Positions 41,101 to 51,927 of a DNA stretch of 62,417 nucleotides are shown here, in pieces. Numbering within the stretch: the stretch's first letter is position 1; every line of letters starts with the position of its first letter. Origin of the DNA: Verrucomicrobia subdivision 6 bacterium (GTDB lineage: Bacteria > Verrucomicrobiota > Verrucomicrobiia > Methylacidiphilales > Verrucolacustridaceae). Below the pieces are notes generated by a model. It did no database searches. It had not been told where the DNA came from and was given only the letters and a program-made list of their open reading frames with translations. The position numbers and the translations under genes were made by a program. The stretch spans positions 1 to 62,417 of the forward strand of contig CANEUY010000001.1 of NCBI GenBank assembly GCA_947442065.1, in the 5' to 3' direction.

Positions 41101-41668
41101 AAAAGGAAATCCCCGGATCGTTCTTGGAGTGACCGGCTCGATTGCGGCATTCCGGGCGGCCGATTTGGCCAGTGCAATGGTTCAGGAAGGTTGGGAGGTG
41201 CATGCCATTCTCACCCCAGACGGCGCACGTTTTATCACTCCCCTGACTTTGGCGGCCTTAACGCATCGGCCCGTCCATACATCGCTTTGGGAGGAGGGTG
41301 AGGGGGGGAGGATGACCCATTTGGATTTGGCCGGAGCAGCGGATGTGGTCGTCGTGGCACCGGCGAGTGCCGATTGTCTGGCTCGGGCGGCTCATGGAAT
41401 GGCGGGGGATGTTTTGGGGGCTGTTTTATTGGCCACCCGGGCACCGATCCTTTTTGTTCCCGCCATGAACTCCCACATGTGGCAACACCCGGCGACACAG
41501 GCGAACGTTGAGATCCTGAAGTCCCGTGGAGCCCGGTGGGTTGGACCCTCCGAGGGGAGACTGGCTTGTGGGGTCGAAGGGCCGGGTCGAATGGCTTCAA
41601 TTCCGGAAGTGTTAAAAACCCTTTCTGGTCTGTTAAAAAAAGGTCAATCTAGGAGGAAGCAACCGTGA
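41093..41668 (+). CDS. coaC: Phosphopantothenoylcysteine decarboxylase (stand-alone CoaC domain)
   Basis: [24 protein letters not shown] and GRLACG..GPGRM. No CoaB domain follows. Confidence 0.88.
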   Translation: MAEKGNPRIVLGVTGSIAAFRAADLASAMVQEGWEVHAILTPDGARFITPLTLAALTHRPVHTSLWEEGEGGRMTHLDLAGAADVVVVAPASADCLARAAHGMAGDVLGAVLLATRAPILFVPAMNSHMWQHPATQANVEILKSRGARWVGPSEGRLACGVEGPGRMASIPEVLKTLSGLLKKGQSRRKQP

Positions 41669-43593
41669 GCAAGGATCCTAAGTTCAAGCCTCCCGCCTCT
41701 TTTGTGAAGCAAGCTGCGTTTTCCAATCTGGCAAAATACAAATCAATGCATCGGGAGTCGCTTCAAAATCCGAAAACGTTCTGGGGTCGCGAGGGGAAAC
41801 GGGAACTTGATTGGTTCACGCCCCCCAAAAAAATTCTTGAATGGAAAACGCCTTTCGCAAAATGGTTTGGCGGAGGGAAATTGAATGTGAGTTACAACTG
41901 TCTGGACCGGCATCTGCTGGGTCCCAGGCGACATAAGGCGGCCATTCTATTTGAAGGGGAGCCGGGGGACGTGCGGGTTTTGACATACCAACAGTTGCAC
42001 GATGAGGTTTGTCGCTTGGCCAATGCCCTCAAGGGTGAAGGAGTGAAGTCAGGGGATCGGGTCATGATTTATCTTCCCATGGTTCCCGAGGCGGCGGTGG
42101 CCATGCTGGCGTGCGCCAGAATCGGAGCGGTTCACAGCGTGGTCTTTGGCGGATTTAGTTCGGAGTCATTAAAGGACCGGATTCAGGATTGCGGTGCGAA
42201 GTTGGTGATCACGGCGGATGGGGGATACCGCAGGGGACAGGTCGGGGCGCTGAAACAGAATGTGGATGCAGCGGTGGCTGCCTGTCCCGAGGTCAGGCGG
42301 GTGATTGTTTTGAAGCGCACCGGGCATGTTGAAAAACTGAATGAAATCGACCGCTGGTGGCATGAACTGGTGGCGCATCAGCCCGCAACTTGTCCGCCCG
42401 AAGAAGTGGAGAGTGAGCATCCGCTCTTTATTCTTTATACCAGTGGAAGCACGGGAAAACCGAAGGGGATTTTACATACGACAGCCGGCTATCTTTTGGG
42501 GGCGCACCTGACAACCAAATGGGTCTTTGATTTGAAGGAAACGGATCTTTTCTGGTGCACCGCCGACGTGGGGTGGGTTACCGGCCACAGCTATTCGGTG
42601 TACGGAGCGCTCAGCAACGGAACGACCACATTGATGTATGAAGGGGTGCCAAACCAACCCGAACCAGACCGTTTCTGGCAGATTATCGAGCGGCACCGGG
42701 TGACGGTATTTTACACAGCGCCCACGGCGATCCGTTCTTTTATCCGCTGGGGGGATCACTGGCCTCAGAAGCGTGATCTATCCTCCCTGCGGTTGTTGGG
42801 ATCCGTGGGAGAGCCCATCAATCCGGAGGCGTGGATGTGGTATCATAAGGTGATTGGTGGCGGGCGTTGCCCGATCGTGGACACTTGGTGGCAAACGGAG
42901 ACAGGTAGTCACCTCATTACGACCTTGCCGGGGGTTCATTCCACAAAACCTGGATCGGCCGGGCTTCCATTTTTCGGGGTGGATGTAGCTGTGGTGAATG
43001 ACCAGGGGAAAGAGGTGAAATCCGGCCAACAAGGGAAACTGGTGGTTCGGAAACCATGGCCTTCGATGTTGCGTTCGATTCACGGCGATCCTGAGAGGTA
43101 TGTAAAACAGTATTGGAGCGAGATCCCGGGGTATTATTTTACGGGCGATGGAGCCAAAAAAGACAAAGACGGCTATTTTTGGATTTCCGGAAGAATCGAC
43201 GATGTGCTGAACGTTTCCGGACATCGCCTGGGAACGGCGGAGGTGGAGAGTGCCTTGGTGACCCATCCGGCCGTGGCCGAAGCAGCGGTTGTGGGTCGGC
43301 CCGACGATCTGAAAGGGCAGGCGGTGGTGGCTTTTGTGACCCTCAAGGCGGGGCAGACTTCCGGACCAGAGTTGATTGCGGCACTCCGTGAGCGGGTGAG
43401 CAAGGAGATCGGACCGATTGCCAAACCGGACCAGATCCGATTTGCGGAAGCTCTTCCCAAAACACGGAGTGGAAAAATCATGCGCCGCCTGCTGAAGGAA
43501 GTAGCTGCGGGTGGTGCGGTGAAGGGGGATGTGACCACGTTGGAAGATCTGAATGTGATCGCCTCTCTGCAGGCGTCCTCGGAGGAGGGATAA
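41665..43593 (+). CDS. acs: Acetyl-CoA synthetase
   Basis: [32 protein letters not shown] and [11 protein letters not shown]. Confidence 0.96.
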   Translation: MSKDPKFKPPASFVKQAAFSNLAKYKSMHRESLQNPKTFWGREGKRELDWFTPPKKILEWKTPFAKWFGGGKLNVSYNCLDRHLLGPRRHKAAILFEGEPGDVRVLTYQQLHDEVCRLANALKGEGVKSGDRVMIYLPMVPEAAVAMLACARIGAVHSVVFGGFSSESLKDRIQDCGAKLVITADGGYRRGQVGALKQNVDAAVAACPEVRRVIVLKRTGHVEKLNEIDRWWHELVAHQPATCPPEEVESEHPLFILYTSGSTGKPKGILHTTAGYLLGAHLTTKWVFDLKETDLFWCTADVGWVTGHSYSVYGALSNGTTTLMYEGVPNQPEPDRFWQIIERHRVTVFYTAPTAIRSFIRWGDHWPQKRDLSSLRLLGSVGEPINPEAWMWYHKVIGGGRCPIVDTWWQTETGSHLITTLPGVHSTKPGSAGLPFFGVDVAVVNDQGKEVKSGQQGKLVVRKPWPSMLRSIHGDPERYVKQYWSEIPGYYFTGDGAKKDKDGYFWISGRIDDVLNVSGHRLGTAEVESALVTHPAVAEAAVVGRPDDLKGQAVVAFVTLKAGQTSGPELIAALRERVSKEIGPIAKPDQIRFAEALPKTRSGKIMRRLLKEVAAGGAVKGDVTTLEDLNVIASLQASSEEG

Positions 43594-43595
43594 TT

Positions 43596-44129
43596 ATGTC
43601 GTGGCGTTTATCAGCCGAGGAGGCGGGTTTGTTGGTGGTTGATGCCCAAGAAAAACTGGTGGCGGCGGTAGCTGAACCGACGGATTGGGTCAAAAAACTG
43701 ACGATTCTTGTGGAGGGGGCGAAGATTCTTGGTCTTCCGATCTGTATCACCGAACAGGTTCCCTCCAAGCTGGGTAAAACAATGCCGGTAATTTTGAAGG
43801 CAGCCGGAAACGGCTGTAAGCCCGTAGCTAAAACCTTTTTTTCGGCAGTGGACCAAGGCAAAAGCCTTGGAAAGAAAAGAATCCTGGTCGCGGGTTGTGA
43901 GGCGCATGTCTGCATTCGGCAGACCGTTTATGATTTGCGGCTGAAGGAATTGACTCCCCTTGTTGTGGCCGATGCGATTGGCTCGCGAACCCCGTCGGAT
44001 CGGGATACGGCGCTGGCCGAGATGAGGGCGGACGGTGTCGTCGTGACTACGGTGGAGGCGGTGCTTTTCGAAATGCTGGAAAGCTCGGATCATCCCAAGT
44101 TTCGGGAGATTCAGGCCCTCGTGAAGTAG
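43596..44129 (+). CDS. Isochorismatase-family hydrolase
   Basis: LLVVDAQEKL, TEQ.P.KLG.T, K..FS and GCEAHVCIRQT. Confidence 0.88.
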   Translation: MSWRLSAEEAGLLVVDAQEKLVAAVAEPTDWVKKLTILVEGAKILGLPICITEQVPSKLGKTMPVILKAAGNGCKPVAKTFFSAVDQGKSLGKKRILVAGCEAHVCIRQTVYDLRLKELTPLVVADAIGSRTPSDRDTALAEMRADGVVVTTVEAVLFEMLESSDHPKFREIQALVK

Positions 44130-44230
44130 AGTTTCCTGTTTCGGGGAAAACCGCTTAGGTAAAAAAAAACACAAGGGGATTTTGATTTTTCTAGCTCCGC
44201 CCCGAACAAGGGCACACGATTCTTAGACCG

Positions 44231-46822
44231 ATGGATGCGATGAATGATTCCGGCCCGAAATGGCCTTTGACCGTCTCGGTGGTTCCCCGGGTGCCAGAGG
44301 GTTTGGAGTCGCTCCGGAGTCTGGCCTTCAATCTTTGGTGGAGTTGGAATTACGATGCGTTGGAACTTTTCCGAGAATTGGATCCCGAGCTTTGGGAATC
44401 TTGTGGGCACAGTCCGGTTAAAATGCTCCGGTTGGTCAAGCAGGTTCGATTGGAAACTGCGGCCAAAGACAAGGCCTATCGCGAAAAAGTGGAGAAGATG
44501 CACGATCGACTGGAAACCTATCTCAAACGGAAGGACACTTGGTTTTCCCGTCATCTTCCGAAGGAACAAAAAGATCACCCTCTGGTGGCGTACTTTTCGG
44601 CGGAATTTGGTTTTCATGAATCCCTGCCGAACTATTCGGGTGGGTTGGGAATTCTTGCCGGGGATCATTGCAAGTCGGCCAGCGATCTTGGGTTGCCTTT
44701 TGTGGCTGTCGGATTGCTTTACCGTTTCGGATACTTTTCGCAAAAAATCAACCGGGATGGCTGGCAGGAGGCTTCTGCCATCGACAATGTGTTTCAGGAT
44801 CTTCCCGTCCGGGAGGCTTTGGCGGCGGATGGAAAGACTCCTGTAGTGGTGGATCTCGACATGCCGGGCCGCAATGTGCGGGCCAAGGCTTGGGAGGTTC
44901 GAATCGGACTGACGCGACTCTTTCTGATGGACACCGATCTGCTTGAAAACGCCGAAGAAGACCGGCGGATCACCTACCAGCTTTATGGAGGGGATCATGA
45001 GATGAGGGTGAAGCAGGAGATTGTTCTCGGAATCGGGGGGGTTCGCGCTCTCGCGGCGATGGGCCTGCAACCCTCGGTGTTTCACATGAACGAGGGCCAT
45101 GCTGCATTTCTGGGGCTGGAGCGAATCCGGCGTTTGGTGGTTCAGGAAAAACTGAGTTTTATCGAGGCCCTGCAGTCCGTTGCGGCCAACAGTGTGTTCA
45201 CCACGCACACTCCGGTTCCTGCGGGAAACGATGCTTTTGACCCGGTCCTGATGGAAAAATATTTCGGAAAGTATGTGCAAGAATGCCGGATCGACTTTGC
45301 GGATCTTCTGAAGCTCGGTCGCCCCTGGGCCTATCAGGAGTCGGAGCCTTTCAGCATGACCATCCTGGCTCTGCGTCTTTCCCGGCAAGCGAATGGAGTG
45401 AGTGCCATCCACGGACGTGTTTCCCGTGGGATGTGGCAGAGTGTCTGGCCGGGGGTTCCCAAGGCCGAAATCCCCATCCGCCATGTGACCAACGGGATCC
45501 ATACCTTTACTTGGATGGCGCCTGAAATCCGGGGCTTGCTCGAAAAACAGGGTGGCGTCATGACTGAAGAAGGTCTGGCCCAGGCCGAGGAATGGAAGAA
45601 GCGGGTGGGATTCAAGGACAAGGACTACTGGACCACGCACCAGAAGTTAAAATTACAGCTTCTGGAATTCGCCCGTGAAAATATTCGGGGCCAGCGACTC
45701 CGGAATGGTGCCAAGCCGGCGGAAATTCGCGCCACGAGTGAGCTGCTCGATCCGAAGGCGCTGACGATCGGCTTTGCCCGAAGATTTGCGACCTATAAGA
45801 GGGCTGCCCTCCTTTTCCGGGATATCGATAAGCTGGCAGAAATCGTGAACGACCCGGAACGTCCAGTGCAGTTTCTTTTTGCAGGAAAGGCGCATCCGGC
45901 GGATGAGGGTGGGAAGAGGCTGATTCAGCAGATCGTGCAAATCTCCGCTTTGCCCCAATTCAAAAACCGCATCGTTTTTATCGAAAACTACGACTTCAAT
46001 GTTGCCCGCTTTTTGTATCACGGTTGCGATGTCTGGCTGAATAATCCCACCCGCCCCCTGGAGGCCAGCGGAACCAGTGGTGAAAAGGTGATCACGAACG
46101 GATGTCTTAACTTTAGTGTGAGAGATGGATGGTGGGATGAAGCTTTTGATGGAACGAATGGGTGGGCCATCGGGGACGACGCATTCCGACTTGAGCCTGA
46201 AGTGCAGGATGAGTTTGATGCCTTTTCCATGTACGAGATTCTGCGCAGGGAGATTGTTCCGCTTTACTATGATCAGGATGGGGAGGGAGTTCCGAAACGT
46301 TGGATCGAGAGAGTCCGCCGAAGTCTGACAACGATCGGGCCGGTGTATAACACTTCTCGGATGGTGGCGGATTATGCGGAAGGTTTTTACCGGAAGGCGG
46401 CAGAAAAGGGCCGGTGGTTGTCGGAAAATCAGTGGGCAAAATCCAAAGAATTGGCGGTTTGGAAGGACAGGGTCAGGAAGGTCTGGTCGCAGGTGAAAGC
46501 GAACTCCGTCAAATGGAACGGTCCCATGCAATCGACCGTCAGCGTGGGGGATACCGTTCCCGTTTCGGCCAATGTGTTCCTGGGGGCACTTCAAAACTCC
46601 GAGGTGGTGGTGGAAGCCTATTTGAATCCAGCGGATCCGGAGGGCGTTTCAAAGGTGGTGCCCTTGGAGGCGTCGGGAACGGCCCGTGACGGCTGGCAGA
46701 ATTATGCGGGGAGGGTCTCCGTAGAGGATTCAGGTAACTTTAATTTCAATGTTCGCGTCCGACCTTTTCATCCCTCACTAAGTCAGGCCCACGAATTGCG
46801 TCTCATTACGTGGGCCGAATAG
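44231..46822 (+). CDS. glgP: Alpha-glucan (glycogen) phosphorylase
   Basis: NLWWSW, YSGGLGILAGDH, HMNEGH, FARRFATYKR and the PLP site EASGTSGEK. Confidence 0.95.
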   Translation: MDAMNDSGPKWPLTVSVVPRVPEGLESLRSLAFNLWWSWNYDALELFRELDPELWESCGHSPVKMLRLVKQVRLETAAKDKAYREKVEKMHDRLETYLKRKDTWFSRHLPKEQKDHPLVAYFSAEFGFHESLPNYSGGLGILAGDHCKSASDLGLPFVAVGLLYRFGYFSQKINRDGWQEASAIDNVFQDLPVREALAADGKTPVVVDLDMPGRNVRAKAWEVRIGLTRLFLMDTDLLENAEEDRRITYQLYGGDHEMRVKQEIVLGIGGVRALAAMGLQPSVFHMNEGHAAFLGLERIRRLVVQEKLSFIEALQSVAANSVFTTHTPVPAGNDAFDPVLMEKYFGKYVQECRIDFADLLKLGRPWAYQESEPFSMTILALRLSRQANGVSAIHGRVSRGMWQSVWPGVPKAEIPIRHVTNGIHTFTWMAPEIRGLLEKQGGVMTEEGLAQAEEWKKRVGFKDKDYWTTHQKLKLQLLEFARENIRGQRLRNGAKPAEIRATSELLDPKALTIGFARRFATYKRAALLFRDIDKLAEIVNDPERPVQFLFAGKAHPADEGGKRLIQQIVQISALPQFKNRIVFIENYDFNVARFLYHGCDVWLNNPTRPLEASGTSGEKVITNGCLNFSVRDGWWDEAFDGTNGWAIGDDAFRLEPEVQDEFDAFSMYEILRREIVPLYYDQDGEGVPKRWIERVRRSLTTIGPVYNTSRMVADYAEGFYRKAAEKGRWLSENQWAKSKELAVWKDRVRKVWSQVKANSVKWNGPMQSTVSVGDTVPVSANVFLGALQNSEVVVEAYLNPADPEGVSKVVPLEASGTARDGWQNYAGRVSVEDSGNFNFNVRVRPFHPSLSQAHELRLITWAE

Positions 46823-46934
46823 CGGGTGGGGATTTGGAAGCCGGGCCTTGGCCCAGTCTCAAAAGCTATTGATAGGTAGTGGATTATGGAAATCTATTGT
46901 GATGGAATAAATATTTCCGCTAGGTTGTTTCCTT

Positions 46935-48923
46935 ATGTCGACCAATGTTTCTCACCCTGAACTAGCCCGTTCCACGAGTCCTGAACTCGTGGGGATGGAT
47001 CCGGCTGACGTAGATCTTGGCGCCTTGCGAAAGACCATCGAATCCTGCCGGGACTATCTTTTGGGACTGCAGAAACCCGAGGGATATTGGGTGGGGGAAT
47101 TGTTTGTCGATACCACGGTAATTTGTGATTACCACCTCTTGATGTATCTCCGGGGCAAGGTGGATCGGGTGAAGGAAGGAAAAATTGTCCGGCACATTCT
47201 GCAAAGACAGTTACCGGATGGAGGTTGGCCGATTTATCCAGGGGGTCCCAGCAATGTCACTGCAACGGTAAAGGCTTATTTCAGTCTGAAACTGGCCGGA
47301 TTCACTCCGGATGAACCGGAAATGAAAAAAGCACGTGCGACAGCCCTCCGTTTGGGTGGGATCCCACGGACAAACACGTACTGTAAACTTTATCTGGCGA
47401 TGTTGGGTCAGTATCCCTGGAAATATTTGCCGAATATCCCGCCCGAAATTCTACTCCTGCCAAACTGGGCTCCCTTTAACATGTTTGAGATGAGCTCGTG
47501 GACGCGGGCCATTGTGGTGACTCTTTCGATCATCCGAAGTTTCCGGCCGACCACCCATTTGCCTCCGGAAAAGCAGCTTCATGAGTTGTATCCATACGGG
47601 GTGGAGGGAGGACCGTTTTTTCATCCCGTCGAACGGCATTTTTTCTCGATGAAAAACTTCTTCATCCGGGTCAACGATTTGCTTGGGTGGCTGGAAAATC
47701 TTTCCTGGAAGCCATTTCGCAAGCACGCATTGAAAGTGGCTGAACGATGGATTCTGGACCGCACGGGTCCGGAGTCTGAGGGGCTGGCTGCGATTTTTCC
47801 GTCGATGATGAATACCATCCTTGTTTTTCAATGCCTGGGCTATTCGGATGATCATCCCGTCATGAGAAAGGCGGTGAGGGATCTTGAGGGGTTGGAGGTG
47901 GATGATACCGAGAACGGGGATTTCCGGGTGCAACCCTGTTTGAGTCCGGTTTGGGACACAGCCATTACGCTCACGGCGCTGGGGGCAGCTGGAGTCAAAC
48001 CCGAGGCCCCGGCGATGCAAAAAGGGGCGGACTGGCTCCTCTCCAAAGAGGTGAAAATGCGCGGGGATTGGGTGGTGAAGAATCCGACCAAGGTGACCGG
48101 GGGGTGGGCCTTCGAGTTTTTCAACGACTGGTATCCGGATGTGGATGATACGGCCAAAGTCCTTCTGGGGTTACGAATGGCAAGGGCGACCGATCCGGCC
48201 GCACAGAAGTCTGCGACAGAACGTGGCCTGGCCTGGGCGAAGAGCTTTCAATGCGACAACGGCGGTTATGGAGCTTTCGACAAGAATGTGAACAAGAAGT
48301 GGCTGGAGGATGTTCCTTTCGCGGATCACAACGCCATTTTGGATCCCCCCTGCGCCGACATTACGGGAAGACTTCTGGAGACGATGGGCAAATGCGGTAT
48401 TCCCAAAAAGGATCTGCAGATTCAACGGGCCATTCGTTTTCTTCAGCAAAATCAGGAGGAGGACGGATCCTGGTATGGACGCTGGGGTGTGAATTATGTC
48501 TATGGGACGTGGCAGGTCCTTCGCGGACTGGATGCGATCGGTTATGACATGAATGAGCACTGGGTGATCCGTGGAAGGGATTGGCTGGAGTGTGCGCAGA
48601 ACCCTGACGGGGGTTGGGGGGAAAGCTGCGGATCGTACGACGATCCACGCCTCAAAGGACGGGGTATCAGCACTGCTTCCCAGACGGGCTGGGGGTTGAT
48701 GGGGCTTTTGGCGTGCGGGGACATTCAGAGGCCCAGCGTTCGGAAGGCCGTTCGTTATCTCATTGAAACCCAGCAAAAGGACGGCAGTTGGGAAGAGAAG
48801 TTGATCACCGGCACGGGTTTTCCTTGCGTCTTTTATCTCCGCTACGACATGTATCGGAACAACTGGCCACTCCTTGCCTTGGGCGAGTATCAGCAAATGG
48901 TGGAAGTGGCCGGGGTGCACTAA
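46935..48923 (+). CDS. shc: Squalene-hopene cyclase
   Basis: YPDVDDTA (DXDD) and multiple QW repeats (QLPDGGW, QEEDGSW, QNPDGGW, QQKDGSW). Confidence 0.96.
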   Translation: MSTNVSHPELARSTSPELVGMDPADVDLGALRKTIESCRDYLLGLQKPEGYWVGELFVDTTVICDYHLLMYLRGKVDRVKEGKIVRHILQRQLPDGGWPIYPGGPSNVTATVKAYFSLKLAGFTPDEPEMKKARATALRLGGIPRTNTYCKLYLAMLGQYPWKYLPNIPPEILLLPNWAPFNMFEMSSWTRAIVVTLSIIRSFRPTTHLPPEKQLHELYPYGVEGGPFFHPVERHFFSMKNFFIRVNDLLGWLENLSWKPFRKHALKVAERWILDRTGPESEGLAAIFPSMMNTILVFQCLGYSDDHPVMRKAVRDLEGLEVDDTENGDFRVQPCLSPVWDTAITLTALGAAGVKPEAPAMQKGADWLLSKEVKMRGDWVVKNPTKVTGGWAFEFFNDWYPDVDDTAKVLLGLRMARATDPAAQKSATERGLAWAKSFQCDNGGYGAFDKNVNKKWLEDVPFADHNAILDPPCADITGRLLETMGKCGIPKKDLQIQRAIRFLQQNQEEDGSWYGRWGVNYVYGTWQVLRGLDAIGYDMNEHWVIRGRDWLECAQNPDGGWGESCGSYDDPRLKGRGISTASQTGWGLMGLLACGDIQRPSVRKAVRYLIETQQKDGSWEEKLITGTGFPCVFYLRYDMYRNNWPLLALGEYQQMVEVAGVH

Positions 48924-48950
48924 TTCTTCCTTCGGGAAGCTTTCTTATTC

Positions 48951-49670
48951 ATGAGCTCCAATTCGCTACCGATCGGTCTCCTTTTCCCCATGGAATTCGA
49001 GGCGGATCCTATTTGGAAAAAGCTTCCCGGTCCGGAGCGGATGAGGGAAGGACTGCCCACCAAGCAAGGCGAGTGGAATGGAGTTCCCATTGTTTCTGCC
49101 CGAACAGGAATGGGGCATGCAGGTTTGGAATCGAAAGTGGCGGGTTGGCTAAAAAAAAATCCATGTCGGGCAGTCATCTTGGCCGGGTTGGCAGGAGCTT
49201 TGGACCCGGCCTGGGAGGAAGGGGACTTAACGACCCATCAAGCTGATTCGTGGAAGGAATTTCATGAATGGACCCTACGGAGCCCGTCCTTGAGGCCCTC
49301 GCGGTGGCATACAGCCAAGGAGATCATCGAAACAGGCGAGGCCAAATTGGAACTAGGTCGAAAAACAGGTTGTGGGATTGTGGAAATGGAGTGGGATTAC
49401 GTCGCCGAAGCCTGCACCCAACAGAAAGTTCCCCTCGTCGGGTTACGGGCTGTGAGCGACCATGCCGACAGGCTTCTTCCGGCTGATCTCTTTTTGTTGG
49501 GGTGCGACCGCGAAACTGGGAAAAGCACGGCAGGGAAACTGGCGGCACATATGATTTTTCGTCCATGGAGGCTTCGGGAGCTGATTCCCGCAGCCATGGC
49601 ATGCACCCATGCCAGAAATGAGATGAGCAGGGCGTTGGTCTGTTTTCTTGATGAGTTAGCAGGGAAATAG
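48951..49670 (+). CDS. Hopanoid-associated nucleoside phosphorylase (HpnG-like)
   Basis: PNP/MTA nucleosidase motifs TGMG, AGLAGAL, VEME and RAVSD. Directly downstream of shc. Confidence 0.72.
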   Translation: MSSNSLPIGLLFPMEFEADPIWKKLPGPERMREGLPTKQGEWNGVPIVSARTGMGHAGLESKVAGWLKKNPCRAVILAGLAGALDPAWEEGDLTTHQADSWKEFHEWTLRSPSLRPSRWHTAKEIIETGEAKLELGRKTGCGIVEMEWDYVAEACTQQKVPLVGLRAVSDHADRLLPADLFLLGCDRETGKSTAGKLAAHMIFRPWRLRELIPAAMACTHARNEMSRALVCFLDELAGK

Positions 49671-49740
49671 CCGATTCTTTCTGACTGGGTCAGAAACTTA
49701 TGTCTCCAGAATCTTGTTTTCCGTAGGGGCCTAACAAAGA

Positions 49741-51927
49741 TCACCCTGCCGCTTGGGCCGCGTTAAAACCCGAAACCACCGCTCCTTCAATCGTCGCGGG
49801 AAGGCCGGTTTCCGTCCAATCTCCGGCGAGGAAAAGATTTTCGACGCTTGTCACAGAGCCGGGCCGAGACAACGGGGTTCCGGGTTCGCCGGAAAAAGTG
49901 GCATCCCTCGATTTGTAGACCACGTGGTGGGTGACACGGCTTTGACGACTTTGGGGAATAAGGCGGTGGATTTCGGAAAGAATAAGTTCCACAAGCGTCT
50001 TACCTGAATCGTCGATGCGTTCTCCCACAGCGCTGATCACGGCGGCATAAAGATGTCCGGTAGATCCTTCGGGGAGAGTGCTGCTTCTGTCGAAAAGCCA
50101 GTGGAGGGGGGAATCGAGAAAGCCGGTAATCAGATCGGGAGCCAGCGGGAGGTCAGTCCAAAGGTGGACGCCAAGGATGGGACAGGGGCGGAGGGTTTTT
50201 GCCAGGGTGGTGGCACGATCCCCGGGCGGAAGAAGATTTGCGGCGGCAGTCCAAGGAACGGCGAGAACAAACTGATCAAAGTTTTTTTGGGTTCCATCCT
50301 TCATTCTTAAAGTAACCACCCGACGTCTCTCTTCGTCATACTCCAGACGTTCAGCGGGGCTGGACAGGTGTAATTCTCCTCCTGTGGCTTGCAGAAAGAA
50401 TTCGAGTTCCGGATTCAGCAACCGTGATAGCCCATCCCGGTCGAAGTACACGGCGGCATCCTTGGGTTTTCCGAAAAGTGCCTGCCGGGTCACTTCCCAA
50501 AATAGGCAAGCATCTGCGGCTTGAATGGGGACATTGAGTGCCGCCAAGCAGAAGGGTTCCCAGAGGGCGCGAATGGATCCCGGAGTCTGACTTAGGCGTT
50601 CCAGCCATCCTTGGGTGGTTTCGCCGGGTTTCGCCGGGTGCCTCTTGGCCCGGATGGAAAACTGCAAAATAGCCCACCGATCGGACATCTGTAGTTCGGC
50701 AAAGCCGAAGAGGCCGGTGAGAAGATGAAGCGGGGGCGGCAGTTTGGAGGATCGAAGGACGCTTCGGCTGTGTTGCGGACTGGTGAAAGCCAGATCCAAT
50801 CGATCATGCTTCTCGAGGCGGTCACTGTTTCCGAGGGCTTCGATCAGTTTCAGGGTACGGTGATAGCAACCCATGAGGATGTGTTGTCCGTTGTCCAAGG
50901 TTGTCCCCGTTTTGGCTTCACGATAACTGTGGGCGCGCCCTCCCAATTGGGGTTTGGCTTCGAAGAGTTCAACCGTGTGGCCTTCCTGGGCGAGATCAAA
51001 GGCGGCTGCGCAACCGGCAAACCCTCCTCCGATGACGGCAATCCTTGAGGGGAGACGTCGTTTGGCATGAGGTTGGCCCAGTTGAGCCCTGCCTCGGCGC
51101 AGGGCTTTTAGTTTTTCCCAGCGTGAGAGTTTGATGGGGTCACGGAGGATCTGGAAATTTCTACGGCGAATCTTTTCGAGGAGATCACGATAAACCCCTG
51201 TCATCAGGAGGGCGGCGGAGAGATGGGGACGGTCCGTCTCCGGAATCAACCGGTCGGCCTTTTCAAAATAGTGACGGGCACGGAAATACTGGAGACGGAA
51301 AAGTCGTTCCATCCCGGGAGTGAGGTCCGGCTTTCCAAAATCCTCTTCCGTAACGCCGAAGGCCCGGCATTCCTCTAAGGGAAGATAAATCCGCCCAAAC
51401 TTCTGAAGGTCGTAGGCGACATCCCGAAGGATGTTGGTCAGTTGGAAGGCAAGCCCCAGGGCGATGGCGTAGTCCCGGGCAGCCCGCGTCTGACAGCAAA
51501 AGATATTGATGGAGACCAGGCCAACGGCCGAGGCGACCCCGTAGCAATATTTCCTGAGGTCGGCAAAAGTCTCGTAACGATTTTGCGTCAGGTCCATTTC
51601 CACCCCGTCCAGAATCTCAAAAAGCGGTTCGGGTGGGATGAGGTACTGTCGGACTACTCCGGCCAGTTCTTGGGCCAGAGGCTGGGAAGGGGTTCCCCGG
51701 TAGATAGCCCGGATATCGTCCCGCCAGAGTTGCAACCGGGCTTGCCGTTGGGACATCGGGGCAGTGGTTTCATCCACGATATCATCCACGGTCCGGCAAA
51801 AGGCGTAAAAGGTGGACATGGCCTGCCTCTGCTCCCGAGGCAGACAGATGAAGGAAAGTGCGAGGTTCGAGCCGCTTTTCCTCGTAATTCGTTCGCCGGT
51901 TCCTCCGGGAGAAGGTGTGGAATTCAT
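49741..51927 (-). CDS. Fused presqualene diphosphate synthase (HpnD) and hydroxysqualene dehydroxylase (HpnE)
   Basis: N-terminal about 290 aa: KSGSN, YAFCRTVDDIVD, YCYGVASAVG, FQLTNILRDV. C-terminal part: IAVIGGGFAG, LGGRAHS, DNGQHILMGCY, LAGDWT.TGLPATIEGAV.SG. Confidence 0.88.
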   Translation of the reverse strand: MNSTPSPGGTGERITRKSGSNLALSFICLPREQRQAMSTFYAFCRTVDDIVDETTAPMSQRQARLQLWRDDIRAIYRGTPSQPLAQELAGVVRQYLIPPEPLFEILDGVEMDLTQNRYETFADLRKYCYGVASAVGLVSINIFCCQTRAARDYAIALGLAFQLTNILRDVAYDLQKFGRIYLPLEECRAFGVTEEDFGKPDLTPGMERLFRLQYFRARHYFEKADRLIPETDRPHLSAALLMTGVYRDLLEKIRRRNFQILRDPIKLSRWEKLKALRRGRAQLGQPHAKRRLPSRIAVIGGGFAGCAAAFDLAQEGHTVELFEAKPQLGGRAHSYREAKTGTTLDNGQHILMGCYHRTLKLIEALGNSDRLEKHDRLDLAFTSPQHSRSVLRSSKLPPPLHLLTGLFGFAELQMSDRWAILQFSIRAKRHPAKPGETTQGWLERLSQTPGSIRALWEPFCLAALNVPIQAADACLFWEVTRQALFGKPKDAAVYFDRDGLSRLLNPELEFFLQATGGELHLSSPAERLEYDEERRRVVTLRMKDGTQKNFDQFVLAVPWTAAANLLPPGDRATTLAKTLRPCPILGVHLWTDLPLAPDLITGFLDSPLHWLFDRSSTLPEGSTGHLYAAVISAVGERIDDSGKTLVELILSEIHRLIPQSRQSRVTHHVVYKSRDATFSGEPGTPLSRPGSVTSVENLFLAGDWTETGLPATIEGAVVSGFNAAQAAG

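Noticed and set aside
44130-44230. A9 tract and weak hairpin upstream of glgP as a riboswitch or phase-variable promoter
   Set aside because: No recognisable RNA family structure. It is consistent with an ordinary AT-rich promoter region.
44111-46594. 509-aa and 313-aa minus-strand ORFs
   Set aside because: Antisense to glgP. Long shadow ORFs are expected at this GC content.
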